The translations under genes were made by a program, and so were the position numbers. A stretch of 64,000 nt of DNA from Lingula anatina (Eukaryota; Animalia; Brachiopoda), in the NCBI GenBank assembly GCA_051362555.1, contig JBPQGU010000016.1, forward strand, positions 1,178,001 through 1,242,000, read 5' to 3'. Below the pieces are notes generated by a model. That model did not search any database, was not told the origin of the DNA, and saw nothing but the letters and a program-made list of their open reading frames with translations. Each line of letters opens with the position of its first letter. Within the stretch, counting starts at the first letter, position 1. This document shows positions 1 through 12,187 of the stretch, in pieces.

Positions 1-114
1 GTACTGAAAAACAAAATAGAATAAAATAGGAGAAAAAAAAATAAATAAAGGTAAATTACCTTGAACAACTACTGCAGCCAGCACCAAAACAACGAGCAGA
101 GCGCAAGTCTTCAT
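1..114 (-). CDS. First exon (signal peptide) of a secreted-protein gene running off the left edge
   Basis: ATG at 114; exon 60-114 encodes MKTCALLVVLVLAAVVVQ(G/V), a typical signal peptide; phase-1 GT at 59; pyrimidine-rich tract ending TTTTCAG at 4. Confidence 0.7.
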   Translation of the reverse strand, partial: MKTCALLVVLVLAAVVVQGNLPLFIFFSPILFYFVFQY

Positions 115-174
115 TTTTTAGTTCGATTCGCGTTGAACAATATCAAAAGATACCAGTATTCAGATTTCAGAGCG

Positions 175-210
175 TTCTGATCACCTCCCCAAATTAGGCT
201 GATATTTATA
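175..210 (-). promoter_or_regulatory. TATA box and Inr-like element for the secreted-protein gene
   Basis: TATAAATA on minus strand at 203-210, about 30 nt upstream of TCAGA at ~176-180 and ~65 nt further to the ATG. Confidence 0.5.
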
Positions 211-849
211 CTATTTTTCCCGACCAAATTTAAATACATTTCAAATAATGAAGACAAATGACCATTGTCGTGAGCGTCCAAAATTCGTACCAGGGTTATT
301 ATTTTACACCCTTTTACTAAATCGCCTTAAACACGCTATTTCGACTGTCCAGATGTATTTCCGCGTTATCAGCTGGACATTTCCTGACAGAAAGTACTGT
401 ATTTATTGGCCTTTACGCGTCACAGATACGGTTCGTGGATTTAATCAGCGCCATTTTACTAAGCACCATATTTGGAATGTACAACTTACACCTTGAAATC
501 ATCTTTCATAAACCATTTCTTTCTTCGTTGTTAACTGCCCATTTGTTATCTGTAGCGCAAACTTCGAAAGCATAATTAATATGCTTAACGGGTGATTGGT
601 GCATAAAGTGCGTACGCGTAGACACACACGCGAACTTTCCTGCACGCACTTATTTAAGCTTGTCACTACATCACGACAATATAGCGCGTACTTTAAACAT
701 AAGGGTTATCTTTGCCTTCAATCCTTATTGGTACGCTTAAATGGCAGCAAGTAAAAAAACTTGCCTTTTTTGTTGTATGGGTATTTTGTAATTAAGATGA
801 TGCCATTATAATGTTATCTCAGTGTAATATTTGGTGTAAAATTTCTGGT

Positions 850-1241
850 TTGTCAAATTAAGTACAATAGTACACACCATATCACTTCCATTCTGAAATA
901 ATTACATTGGCTGCCTGTGAAGCAGAGGATTGATTTTAAAGTACTTTGTATTATTTTTAAGGCGATCCATTCACAAGGACCATTATATTTATCTGATCTT
1001 ATCTGTTTTAACTTACCACGGCGGTCCACACGTTTTAATACTGAGAATGATTTTATTTTAGAACATTCTGTTTTAGAGAAGGGGTGCCTCAAAAGTTATG
1101 GAGATCGTGCTTTTATAATCTACGCCCCAAAAGTGTGGAATGGTCTACCAAATTTTATTAGAAAAACAGAAGACTTTGACAATTTTAAATCTCTTTTAAA
1201 GACCCACATTTTTAATTCTGTCTATATCTCTTAGTTTTTTT

Positions 1242-1284
<43 letters not shown>

Positions 1285-1434
1285 TTTAATAATATTGATT
1301 TTTAGTAGTGTAAATTTTAAATGGTTTCCAATGAGAGTTTATGATTAAAATATTGTACTCATTTTAATGATTTTAGTATATTAGCCATTATTGTAAGGCG
1401 CCTTGAGATAAATGTAAGGCGCCATATAAGAATC

Positions 1435-1467
<33 letters not shown>
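850..1467 (+). mobile_element. 5'-truncated L2/CR1-group LINE 3' end
   Basis: Reads HITSILK*LHWLPVKQRIDFK...YGDRAFIIYAPKVWNGLP...FKSLLKTHIF; 3' terminus TGTAAGGCGCCTTGAG...AAGGCGCCATATAAG plus (TTA)n tail. Confidence 0.85.
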
Positions 1468-1469
<2 letters not shown>

Positions 1470-2711
1470 ATTGTGTCAATATAATAAAATTCTTGCCAAA
1501 TCGGATTGATATATTCTGAATAAGGTAAACAAATAACCATTGGAAACTTTGCCAGAAATATGTGTATTATTATTTCGTATTTGTCGTGCTTTAAACATCT
1601 GGGTCCCTGAAATAGAAAATGCGAAAAAAAGAATACAGTCGTTTATTTGGTTCAGTCCAATTGAAAAAAAAAGTACTCTGAAAGACAAAGGAAATATTAC
1701 AAGTAACTATGGTGCTTGGAACTCCACAAGGCAATGGATGTCAAGTGGTGCAAGAAAACTGTCGTCTGTGGATTATAATTTTTTAGTCATAATCCCGTTA
1801 ACCAATCAAGGTCTCTTGGATACCACGTTAACTTTGGTGTCTCAATCCGCGTAATTGATAACTGTCCAAAACGGAAAAAACCACAAGAATTGTCAACAAC
1901 GTTAACAATTATGATAAAGAAAAGAGAACGCGGTTAATGATTTTCTTTCTCCGAACTGGCCGTTCTAGCGTATCGCGCTTCCACGAAGTGGCCACTTAAT
2001 CGCTGATTAACAGATACCCAAAGAAACAAATTGCATTCCACTGAGTGCAGATTTAATCAGGACATTTTGTCCACTTGTTGACCATATCTCTTTTTAATTG
2101 GAACAATGTCATGAAATCCGACCTGGGTTGAGCAGGGCTGTTTTCACAGGTGTCTGCTTCAAGGCGAGGTTATCTCATCATACACAACTGAGCTGTCTTA
2201 ACGTAGGTCTGCTATCATTGAGTGTTTTTCTGTATACTTCATTTGAACAATACTTACGACACCACATCTACCATATAAAAACTAGACCCAATGATATCGT
2301 GACCGATTGGTTAAAGGTATTAAAGCATGCACCCACTGGCTAACTTGTCCAGTTTTTATGCCCTCCCTGCATGACCAGCACAAACTAATATTAATGAACG
2401 TCCACACGAAAGATTGGTCCAAAATGATAGTAAAAATCTTTAAAATGAAAAATGTTAGGCGTTGGTCTTCTACAGTTTTAAGGATTATTACTATTTATTA
2501 TTTCAGTTACATATACTGGAACTAATACATGTATATCGTGTTGGCGGACAATAAAATAGAATTTTGGACGATTCGTCTTCTGAATATATAGCATCTATCT
2601 TAATTCCCAAGGTCATTTTTCAGGGGCGTAACCAGACCTTATTAAATTGTAGCACAGATTTTCACAATTCCCAGGTACAGTCGAATGTAGACTTAAGCAA
2701 CAGATGGAGGG

Positions 2712-2713
<2 letters not shown>

Positions 2714-2751
<38 letters not shown>

Positions 2752-3015
2752 TTTATTTATAGTCTAAAATCCAACATGTGTTCAGTAGACTTTACAAAAA
2801 TTATAAAATTCAAATTAAAAGAAAAATATTGCTAATGGTTATAAGATGAAAGGATATATAAAATGGATAAAAAAAGGGGGAAATTTAAAACTATGACTAA
2901 GAACAGTTTTTCTTAAGAAGTGTTTTTTCAAGAATTTAAAGATAATATTGTTTAAAAAGGTGGGTTTTTAGTTCCTTTTTAAAATGTCCAAGGTCCACAA
3001 TTTGTCTAAAGATTT
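2714..3015 (-). mobile_element. L2-group LINE 3' end fragment
   Basis: Minus strand reads ...GHFKKELKTHLFKQYY, then 3' UTR TGTAAAGTCTACTGAAC...TTTTAGAC and (TTA)n tail; same family as 29150-29512. Confidence 0.7.
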
Positions 3016-3884
3016 ATCATTAAATTATATGTGCCAAATATCATAGCTTAGTTTTCACAAGTAATAAAATCATCACTGAAAGTTAATAATATCCCCGCGA
3101 TTTTTAAATTTAAAAATAATTCTGTACTGCCAATAACTAGTTTTCAAGTCAATTTTATTTATTTATTTTTTTTTTGGGGGGGGGGGGATTCATTAGCGGG
3201 ATTTAGCAAAAGAAAGCGGCCTCGATTGGCCAGTAACCTGCGTTGTTTCTCTGCGTGGTTCGGATGATGTTGTTAATGTTTGTGGTAAAAGGGGAAGGGG
3301 AAGACTTAACGGAATGGATGCCAGCACGGGAAGTGATCCGAAGTTAATTTGACAGTTCCGAGAAGTGAATAGCAACCATCAAAAAGGTTAAATACTGAAG
3401 CCCTATTTGACTGACGTTGTGAAAGCCTGGTACTTGTATGATTAGAAGCAGATGAGATGGGTGGGGCAGATTAATTTTATTTTTTCCTTTTCCTTCTGTT
3501 TTGTAAAAGCACTTTTTGCAAAGACCTTATGTCCATAAAAGGACACAGGTATGACTAAATTCATAAATCATTGCAAAGAAAATTAATAATATAAACGAAA
3601 ATAAATACAATGGACGCAGTGAAATCGTTAACATATAGATTTTATCTTTTTATTCTTGTATTTTTTGTTTTGCTTTTTAAAATGAAGTAATCTTTTCCGA
3701 TTAAGATCGGACGTTTAAGCACTACCAGCAATAGCAAAATGAATGCCAGCACGAAGGTTGAACTGAAGTCAACACGTTCGTTCTGACAAATAATTAGTAT
3801 TCCTGAAACTATCATTTTAAGCCTAACTCAACTACGACGGCAGAGCGCTGACCCAGGATCTGATCTGATCCTTGCAGCAGTGTG

Positions 3885-4240
3885 TAATAAATTTATTGAC
3901 GTACACTGTAATAAACTGATTGCTTATTGAAGCAATCAACTAATTCATTACTGACGCAATAACCTCGTTGGTTCCTGAGGTAATAAATCTGTTAATTACT
4001 GACGTAATAAACTGATTCCTTCCGGACGTAACAAACTCATTGCTTACTGGCGCAATGAACTCGATGCTTATTGATGCAATAAACTAAAACCACACTTAAG
4101 GTATTAACTCATTGCTTACGAACGCAATGAACTAATTTATACGGATATAATAACTAGTTGTTAACTGATGTTCTAAACAATAGTATTACTCATTAAGGAT
4201 ATTAAACAACTCAAATTAATGCATACTGGCGTATTATGTT
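3885..4240. repeat. Degenerate ~20-bp minisatellite (TAATAAACTGATTGCTTACTGACG-like)
   Basis: More than ten imperfect copies; shorter homolog at ~37850-37940. Confidence 0.65.
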
Positions 4241-4844
4241 CGCTCAGTGATTTATTCGTTCCTTCCTCAATATGTTATTGAAAAACTCGACACTTGCAAA
4301 ATATAATGTTATCAAATCTAGTTATTTTTATCAAATATAACTTTCTCACTTCTACAAAATTGCACTGCCCGGTATTGCATTATAGTCAAGAGCTGTTGCC
4401 CTTTACCCCTTCAAAGTCGGGCTTTGACATTTTAGTCAACATCAGATCCATACATCACTGTTTATGGCCTTTAAATGATATGTTATTGATATATTATATA
4501 CTGACATTATTAAACAATACATTATTGATATATTATATATAGCATTTTGATATAATTAAGTGATATATTATTGATATATTACATATGATATATTGATAAA
4601 TTAATCATTTGTTTCAGCCTTTTCATTTGTTGATTTTTTGTGAAAGTGGGCCAAAATTCGTTCCCTTAGTGGTCACAAGCTCGGTGCAACAGGTGCTGAA
4701 GCAGTACGCTTTCTTTGCTGACCTTGTTATCAGGGTCACTATAACTTAATCAAATTTGTGAACAATTAAAATGAAGCAATATCCTATCCTTTCTGAATCA
4801 GATCTCATCTGCCATGAGTATCAAAATGTGTTTGCTCTCTGGAA

Positions 4845-6607
4845 TCATGTCTTGTTCCCCTGCTTGTACTTCTGTCTCCCAAAGCCAATCAGTATAGCAA
4901 TGCCTGCCACAACTGCAGAGAAAACCCCAGCACCTGTCAAAAAAGTGTCTACCTGAAAAATAAAATAAATCAGTGAAAAAAGAAAAAAAAAAAACAATTA
5001 AACAAATGGGTTTATAAATTGGAAAAAGTGATGTTATACATGAATAAAAGAATTTAAGATATAAATGAGTTACTATTTTATAAAAAATAAAACGAATGTA
5101 CTACTACTACTGGCAAAATATTTTTCCCAACAAATATATTTATTGTGTTAGATGTGACAGTGATCACATGACCACATCTTTGCTGCATTGGGCCATATTC
5201 AGAAGTCGATCTGTGAACTAACAGATCCCCAGAATTAATATGTCCAACCCACTTCTAAACTTGTTGCATATTCCCCTTATAGAAACTGAATAGATTCCCT
5301 GCTGGGGTATAATAATAATAAGGACGCCATAATAAAAAGTTATAAAAGGGGAACAAAGAAATAATTAACAGTCTGGAGCTGAAAGGAGTTTAGTTAAAGA
5401 AAAGTAAACAAAAGAAAAAAATTAAAGAACATACCTGTTCACTCCACTCCACTCCATATCTACACCAAGCTGCAAAATGTTCACAATTTTTCCAGAGGAC
5501 ATTGTAGCCGATCTCTCCCAGCTTTGACAGAGCCCTCTCCACAATCTCCTCACACCGTGAAGGTCTGAAACAAGAGTTTTTAGGTGTGAGATGAATTTGT
5601 TCCATGTTACCTGCCCCCTGTAATACTTTAATGTTATATATCTCAAATATTTTAGTTAGCCCTGAGGAAAGAATGAATTATTTTTTTACTAAAATGGATT
5701 TTGACTTATGAACAATAGTTAATTAAGCTATCAGGACTGAAAAGAAAAACATTAATTTCATGGAACCTATCATATTGCCATTTAAAGTAACCAGTGGTCA
5801 TCTAACATGTCTGTATTAACATGGATGTGTTAATTCTGTATCTAAACACCATTTACTTTTTTAAACATCAATCAACTAATTGCACATTTTGGTAAAAAAA
5901 AAGAATGAAAAACTGCAAAAGAAAAATATTTTATCAACATATAATTACATCTACTAGTATTCTATCTACCTACCATACTTGATATTGGTGTTGGTGTTAA
6001 TTACAAACATTTACCTGTGTTTGCGGTCTTTTCCATTGTTTTTGAATGCCTTACTCTCTCCTGCCACATCCCAGAAGAGAGAAACTCGAACAAAAGCCTT
6101 CTTTAATTGTACACCACAGGGGCTGCAGAACTTCCCTGGATCCCCTTTGCCATCTTTAATTCCATCATTTTCTCCAGTAAGGTGAACCACTTGCTCATCA
6201 CCTGAATGTAAATATTAATTCTATCATTTAAGTTAATTTAAAATCTTTACTTTAAACCGTTCTATTTTGTGGTGTTGTAAATCTTTCCTTCTGACTCTTA
6301 CTAGTACGTGGTGTGTGAACTCCTGCAGTTGTCTTAGTACATTTACTGTGGACGTTTTGTTTTCAGTTCATTTAAAACGTTTATTTTAGCTTCAGTCTAC
6401 ATGTAGCCTACAATCTTTGCACCTTAGCGTTAAATGACTTTCTACTACTATCGCTACAAGAAATCTGGTGACATTTTACTAGGAGTGCAACCCCAACTCA
6501 CCTATATAAACGGCCCAGTGGGAGTACATCGGCCTGTGAAACTCTATCATGTCTCCCGGCTCAAGGGAATCTAACACTGTCTGGTTATGGCGTCGCACAA
6601 CTGCCAT
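4845..6607 (-). CDS. LRAT/PLAAT (HRASLS-like) phospholipase A/acyltransferase, paralog 1, intact, 176 aa
   Basis: Exons 6502-6607, 6015-6201, 5435-5564, 4845-4952 with GT-AG introns and consistent phases. Motifs [35 protein letters not shown]; C-terminal hydrophobic helix with basic tail. Confidence 0.93.
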
Positions 6608-6770
6608 ATTTCACCTGTCCTCGGTAACTGTAGCAACAGCTTCTGATCCAAAATTTTCTATCGATCAGCTTACAGGCTGCGGAGAACGGTCTTGCTTACT
6701 TCCCGTTACTAAAGATGTCCTTCAATTCAGGAAGTTATATACCCCTTAATAACAATGTCATGAAAGCAGC

Positions 6771-6886
6771 GGGAAATACCACAGCTGCTGGAAAAACCAT
6801 AATTTCATAAGTAGTTCGAGTGCCTGACTTCAACGTTGGTCAGCCATCTTGTGAATTTCCCTGCACTATTTTTAGCTCTGACGTCA
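6771..6886 (-). promoter_or_regulatory. PLAAT paralog 1 promoter motifs: kB-like sites, YY1-like CAAGATGGC, CRE
   Basis: GGGAAATACC at 6771, GGGAAATTCAC (minus) at 6851-6861, TGACGTCA at ~6879; conserved in the paralogous promoter at 36696-36797. Confidence 0.5.
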
Positions 6887-6929
6887 TCGGTAACGTTTGC
6901 CTATAAATTCCAAACCAGGTCAAAGCTCT

Positions 6930-7200
6930 AAGTGGCGGACTTAGAAGGACCCTCCTGACCCCCTTTAAATCCGCCACTGCCCTCGACACCCTTCTAAATC
7001 CTGACCCCCCCCCCCTCTCGGTTTCTGAAAAAAATCACGCTAATATCCCCCTCATGAAATTAGCATTAAACTAGCACCGTTCGCCCTCTTAAATACCAAA
7101 AAGGCCTTTTGGGGCCCCGAACCCCACGCCAACGGTTGGCTTTGCATTTAAGGCCTGTCACCTGACCACCCCCCTTTCAAATAATCCTGGATCCGCCCTA
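6930..7200. mobile_element. hAT-type MITE remnant (AGTGGCGGA...GGATCCGCCC)
   Basis: Terminal motifs and internal sequence shared with 49088-49337 and 50468-50732. Confidence 0.55.
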
Positions 7201-8171
7201 CCATCTACCAGGGCGACAGATTTATTTTCCACAGATATTCATATACATATTTCTAGATATATAGACAGTAGGGCCTAATTGCAAATGGTCTGATGGCCAA
7301 ACGTAAGAGGTTCGTTTTGAACAGCCAAAAATGTCCACAATAATAACTGCGGCCCTGGTTATCCTTGATCTGTTTTGGAATCTAGCGATTTTTTTCATAA
7401 AATTTATTTCCGAATATTTTTTCGACAAGAACCATATATAAACAAAATTGTAATTGTATTTTGTATAATTAAATTGATTTGATACGTAAAATGCATAATA
7501 CGCCTTATTGTAAGTGAATGAAAATAATCAAAGCAATTGAAAAATTAGACAAATAGAATAAACGATAAAAAATTAAAGACAAATTTTTCATTTTTCCATT
7601 TAACAAAATAAACAACTGCTTAATAAATACTGATTTGCAGCAGGTAAAATACAAAAACAAAGACAAGACAATAAATATTGCATTCTTATTCACTCAGTTT
7701 TGTAGAGTCTAAAATATAAAATGCAGAAGTGAATAATTATAACAATAATAATAATAATGCAATTAATAATAATAATAATAATAATAATAATGCATTAAAC
7801 AATTAATATAAATAGAACACATCCAAAATGTGATATTGCATCAATGGCTGGTAATATCATGCACATTTCCTGGAAATTCATAATTTTTTTTCTTTATCAC
7901 CAAGTTATACCATGTCTGAGGACGATATAAAGAATTACGATCCTTGACTCAGTTCCCCTCCCCATATTTTGTTACAGTTAAGTGAAACTTAAACTGTATT
8001 TATATTCCCAACAACAGTGCCTTTTTATTTTCATTGAAAGGGTTATCAAGCTAGATATCCGGTATTTGAGTGCCCTAATTACACCACAGAGTTGTCAATA
8101 TAAGTATAATTTTTGAAAAATCAAACTACTGAAATGTCTCTCACTTTCCTCAAATTACACTACCAGTTTCT

Positions 8172-8621
8172 CTAGGCGTATGTTTTCGATTTTTTCTTTC
8201 GTCCCATAACGGCAAAGAACACAGCAATCTCAACGCCAGTGATGGACACAAATGCCCCAAGAATATACCAAAGCCATTTAGCCTGAAAATATAAAAGTAA
8301 AAAATAAAGAAAGTTTAAACACATTTTATATCTTATTCAGTGTTGTAAATATGTCTTTTATTCTTTGAAGTATGGCCGGTCCAGCACAATGACGTGATTG
8401 TAAGCTAGATGGAATGGTGTTTTGCAAGTTGCCATAATTTTCTGAATGAATGAATATAAGGGATGTTAGGTTAGATAAAGGATGGATCAATAGTTATGTA
8501 GATGGATACGTAGATGGGTCGAGCGACAGATAAATGTAGTGGAGATAAGGTGTCCAAAAACATCAAAACCGTAACTACCAGACAGACACATGTATACACA
8601 GATAGGGCGCCTCATACAGAG

Positions 8622-8685
<64 letters not shown>

Positions 8686-9275
8686 AAAAAAAGCATTGAC
8701 AATTAATATTATTTAAACAAAGCTATATCAAAATACCTGTGCACACGATGATTCTCCATTTCTACACCAGGTGGTGAAATGTTCACAGTAAGCCCATAAC
8801 ACACTGTGCTTTTTTCCCTCCCAGCTTTGATCTGGCTCTCTTTACTATATTTCATCAGGTGGCAGAGGACTGAAACGTGATAATTTGGATGTGAGATAAA
8901 TTTGTTCTAGCTCATCCAATATTTTAAATATTTTAAAACTCTGATTAGTCAAATTTACGTTTTTATTATAGAAAATAAATTAATAAATAGGTATGTGAAT
9001 AGAAAACTACTTCTATTATATCATTATGATGATACTTTTAACAACTATCACAATTGCACTGGATTCTGTGTGATGTCATACGATAAAAAATTATATATCT
9101 GCGCTTCTTGTGCATGCTATTGTTTCGGAATGTCTCAATGTCGCCTACTACATCCCAGAAAAGAGAGCTTCTAACCTTGTATTTCTTTGAGTTTTCACTC
9201 TGGAAATGGGTGCGTAGCTCACTTCCATCTCTAATCCATCATTATCTCCCGTACGGTGGACAACCGCCTCATTGC
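8172..9275 (-). pseudogene. PLAAT paralog 2 pseudogene (exons 2-4)
   Basis: Exon 2 homolog 9099-9275 has a 1-nt deletion and GT>AT donor; exon 3 homolog ~8737-8869 has a 2-nt insertion and YCEHF; exon 4 8172-8282 encodes a TM helix plus RKKK; exon 1 not found. Confidence 0.88.
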
Positions 9276-10582
9276 CTGAATGATATTGAAATTATTTTGG
9301 TTAAAAATATTCCTTCAAAGCACTTCCGTGTTATTGTCCTGTATTCAGTCCCATCTGGCGTCATTACTACTACATGTGGTATACTACTACATAGATGTCA
9401 ATAGCAATTGGCATTAAAAGAAACGGAATATGTACAGTGTACATAAAGTATCTTCTTATAACACAACTCTTATGACGATCCAAATGAAATGAAATAGAAA
9501 CATCAATCAATACTAATAATAACAAAAGAAAATTGTAATTCTAGCTACATATTAATTGTCAAGTATGTATAAATATACTTCAAAACAGATTAAACAAATC
9601 ATTAAGGTATTTGTTTTCAAACCTTTACGTCTTTGTCTCGTCACATTATCAGATGTGTTAAAGATAATGTCATATATATAACAAGCGAGTCTACTTTTGT
9701 ATTTTGATCTGTTTGAGTCCCTGATGAGGCCTCCGGACCAAAACGCCTGAAGGGTTTTGTATTAATTAACATGGAGATAACAGATTAACTTTGCTCATTT
9801 TCTTTATATATATATATATATAAACATATATATAAACCCCATGTTAATTACACCCTGGCTTGGCCCAGTCTTTATGGCTTCTTTGCATTTTGAACAGCAT
9901 AAAGGGCAAGGTAATTGACCAAGTATATTGGCCAAGCTGCCAGTTTGTTTGTATGGCATATGCAGCGGATGTCTTAGATCAAGGCACATAATGTGATACT
10001 TACAGGTGTGGCAAATGAGATATAGTTGTATTTCATTACCTTTGATTTGTAAAATTCATCTGAGGATAATACTTTAAAATATATTGATCGTTTAAAGAAA
10101 GGGCGTGTAGACTGATTTATTAACGTTTACTAAAGAAATATTAAATTAAAGGTGGGCTCCATTTATTAGTGTGTTATTTTATTTTTTTTAGTTTTTATAT
10201 AGATTGTAGGAAAAATTCTGCCCTTTAATATTTTGTTGACCTTTTGGGAAAATATTTGCATTTTCTTAAGGGTGTAAATATACGCAAGAATGATATATTC
10301 AAAAATAAGTCATTGGCTACTGTCGGGTACATTTTCACATTGTCAGCCTCTTTGCACATTTTTATCTATATCATGCAAACATACAGTATAAACGGTGCTG
10401 CATACACTGTAGCAAGGTATAATGATATGACAAGTATTTACGATAACGTTCAAGGACAGTATTTTGCTACTAACATTGAAATCGGCGGGCAAACTGGTTC
10501 AACATCGTTCCCTCTGGTGCTTGAATAATCATACATAAAATCAATTCCTAAAAAGATACGTTATGGTTTTGGTTATATTATC

Positions 10583-10632
10583 CATTTTTGTAAAGCGCCT
10601 TGAGGTAGTATGTAAGGCGCCATATAAGAAGC

Positions 10633-10670
<38 letters not shown>
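10583..10670 (+). mobile_element. L2-type 3' terminus (severely truncated LINE or SINE tail)
   Basis: TGTAAAGCGCCTTGAG...AAGGCGCCATATAAG plus (TTA)n, near-identical to 1391-1467. Confidence 0.7.
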
Positions 10671-10674
<4 letters not shown>

Positions 10675-11123
10675 TGACATAAGTATATTCGGTTAGACAG
10701 GCTAACATTCGTGACTGACACTTTCCAGAATGAATATATCATATAAATACTCTCAAATATTCTTCAATATAAATAACAGGCACCGCTCTGAAATCTTAGC
10801 TATGTGTAATATTGCAATTGTCATTTAATCTACATACTAACACACCTATAAACATGTCACCAGCGTACATTAACACCTATAGTTAATTCCACTTTTTACC
10901 TTTTTTTTCAAATTTATTTATTAATTGTTTATTTTGCAAGTTGTTACATAAACTAAGCTTCATTTAGTTATAACTATACTTATTTTCCTTTTTCTTCCTT
11001 TTGTTTGCTTTAATATAAAGACATGTGTCGCAGGCCAGATCCCAATCTAGTCCAGTTAAACAACTAATAATGCACTGAATGATATGAAAGCCATTGATTT
11101 CTGTTGGAACTCCTTACTTATAA

Positions 11124-11160
11124 GGGAATTCCCCAAGTACGTGTATTTGGAGGTATTTAA
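11124..11160 (+). promoter_or_regulatory. kB palindrome plus TATA-like element heading a non-coding module
   Basis: GGGAATTCCC at 11124-11133 and TATTTAAA at ~11153; same layout at 17028-17068. Confidence 0.5.
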
Positions 11161-11320
11161 ATCCCTTTTCTCTAGCAGTAGGGACCTACATGTATGTGTA
11201 AACACTTTCGTAGCGTGCAGAGCAGACCGCGCGGCGACACAAGGCGTTCCTGGACTATTGGTCTTGGTTCATCTGGTAAATTGACAACCATCAGGTACGA
11301 ACTCATCTTATATCTACGGC

Positions 11321-11490
11321 TACTGAGCTGGGAGATTTATGGAACAAATGACTGTCGTTTATTGCATGCTTAAGTAGTTCAAAAAGATCGCATGATATCT
11401 CAGTAAAATTATGATCCAATCCTCAGCTAGTGTTAGGCCCTACATCTCAGACACGAATCGCGTTAGCTATTATTCTGTCGCTTAAGAGCA
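11321..11490 (+). ncRNA. Candidate box H/ACA RNA, type A copy 1
   Basis: Stem TACTGAG/CTCAGTA, upper stem GATTT/AGATC, H box AAATTA at 11406-11411, second hairpin AGCTAG/TTAGCT; ACA position reads AGA. Confidence 0.45.
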
Positions 11491-12187
11491 TACAGTGCTG
11501 TTGCTACACCCACATTTCCTTCATAGCATAAATGAAGTTATGGTTGTCTTTGTTCACAGACGTTCGGATCTTGACCTTCGAACACCGATTTCCCGCCATT
11601 TTCAAGCGATTTCTGCAACGGGGAATCCCCGTCGTCATTTTTTTCCATTGTACATGTACGCAAGTCAAGTTAGTCACAGGTGCGCCACTTGACTTGGCCC
11701 CTATCTCTTGCACTGGTAGGTCGACAGTTCAACGCTTGTCATACGCCACAAAAAGCTGCCTTACTTATTGTAAAACATGTACACGATATGCCTTGGGTCT
11801 GTTACATGGGTTGGCATATAACTTCACGTTTTTATTGTTTCTACTGTATGCCATGTGCCTAATGCCCGACATTCTTCTCACTATCTGTTTCTGTTTCTTT
11901 TTTCCATGTATCTTAAAGTATATCTAAGGTTGGCCCTAAGCTACCATATTTAAGTATTTCAGTTTGTGTTTTATAATTATCATATATGATAGATATATCT
12001 ATCATTTGAATCATGCAATACTCCCCAAACTCATGCGCCTGCATGTCTTTACCATACTGCACTATTATCCTACAATCCTGTAACCACTGCTAAGAAAACA
12101 TCACAGGGTCATATGCAGACATGTGCACAGAGTCAGCAAGAGAAACAATTTTAGCCATCAAGTGAAAAGATCAATCCATGTGTAGTA

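Larger units (their letters stand above)
3300..6900. repeat. Segmental duplication unit (PLAAT gene plus downstream flank)
   Basis: Colinear homologs at 37080-43810 (with insertions), 48240-51040 plus 63005-64000, and partially 36170-36812. Confidence 0.85.

Noticed and set aside
9716-9760. Hammerhead-like CTGATGAGGCC..GGACCAAAAC (Penelope-type)
   Set aside because: GAAA core is mutated, stems are imperfect and no adjacent Penelope ORF was recognised; at most a dead remnant
11495-11927. Overlapping 60-130-aa ORFs in the repeated modules
   Set aside because: Frames are not conserved among copies (indels, stops) and no recognisable domains are present
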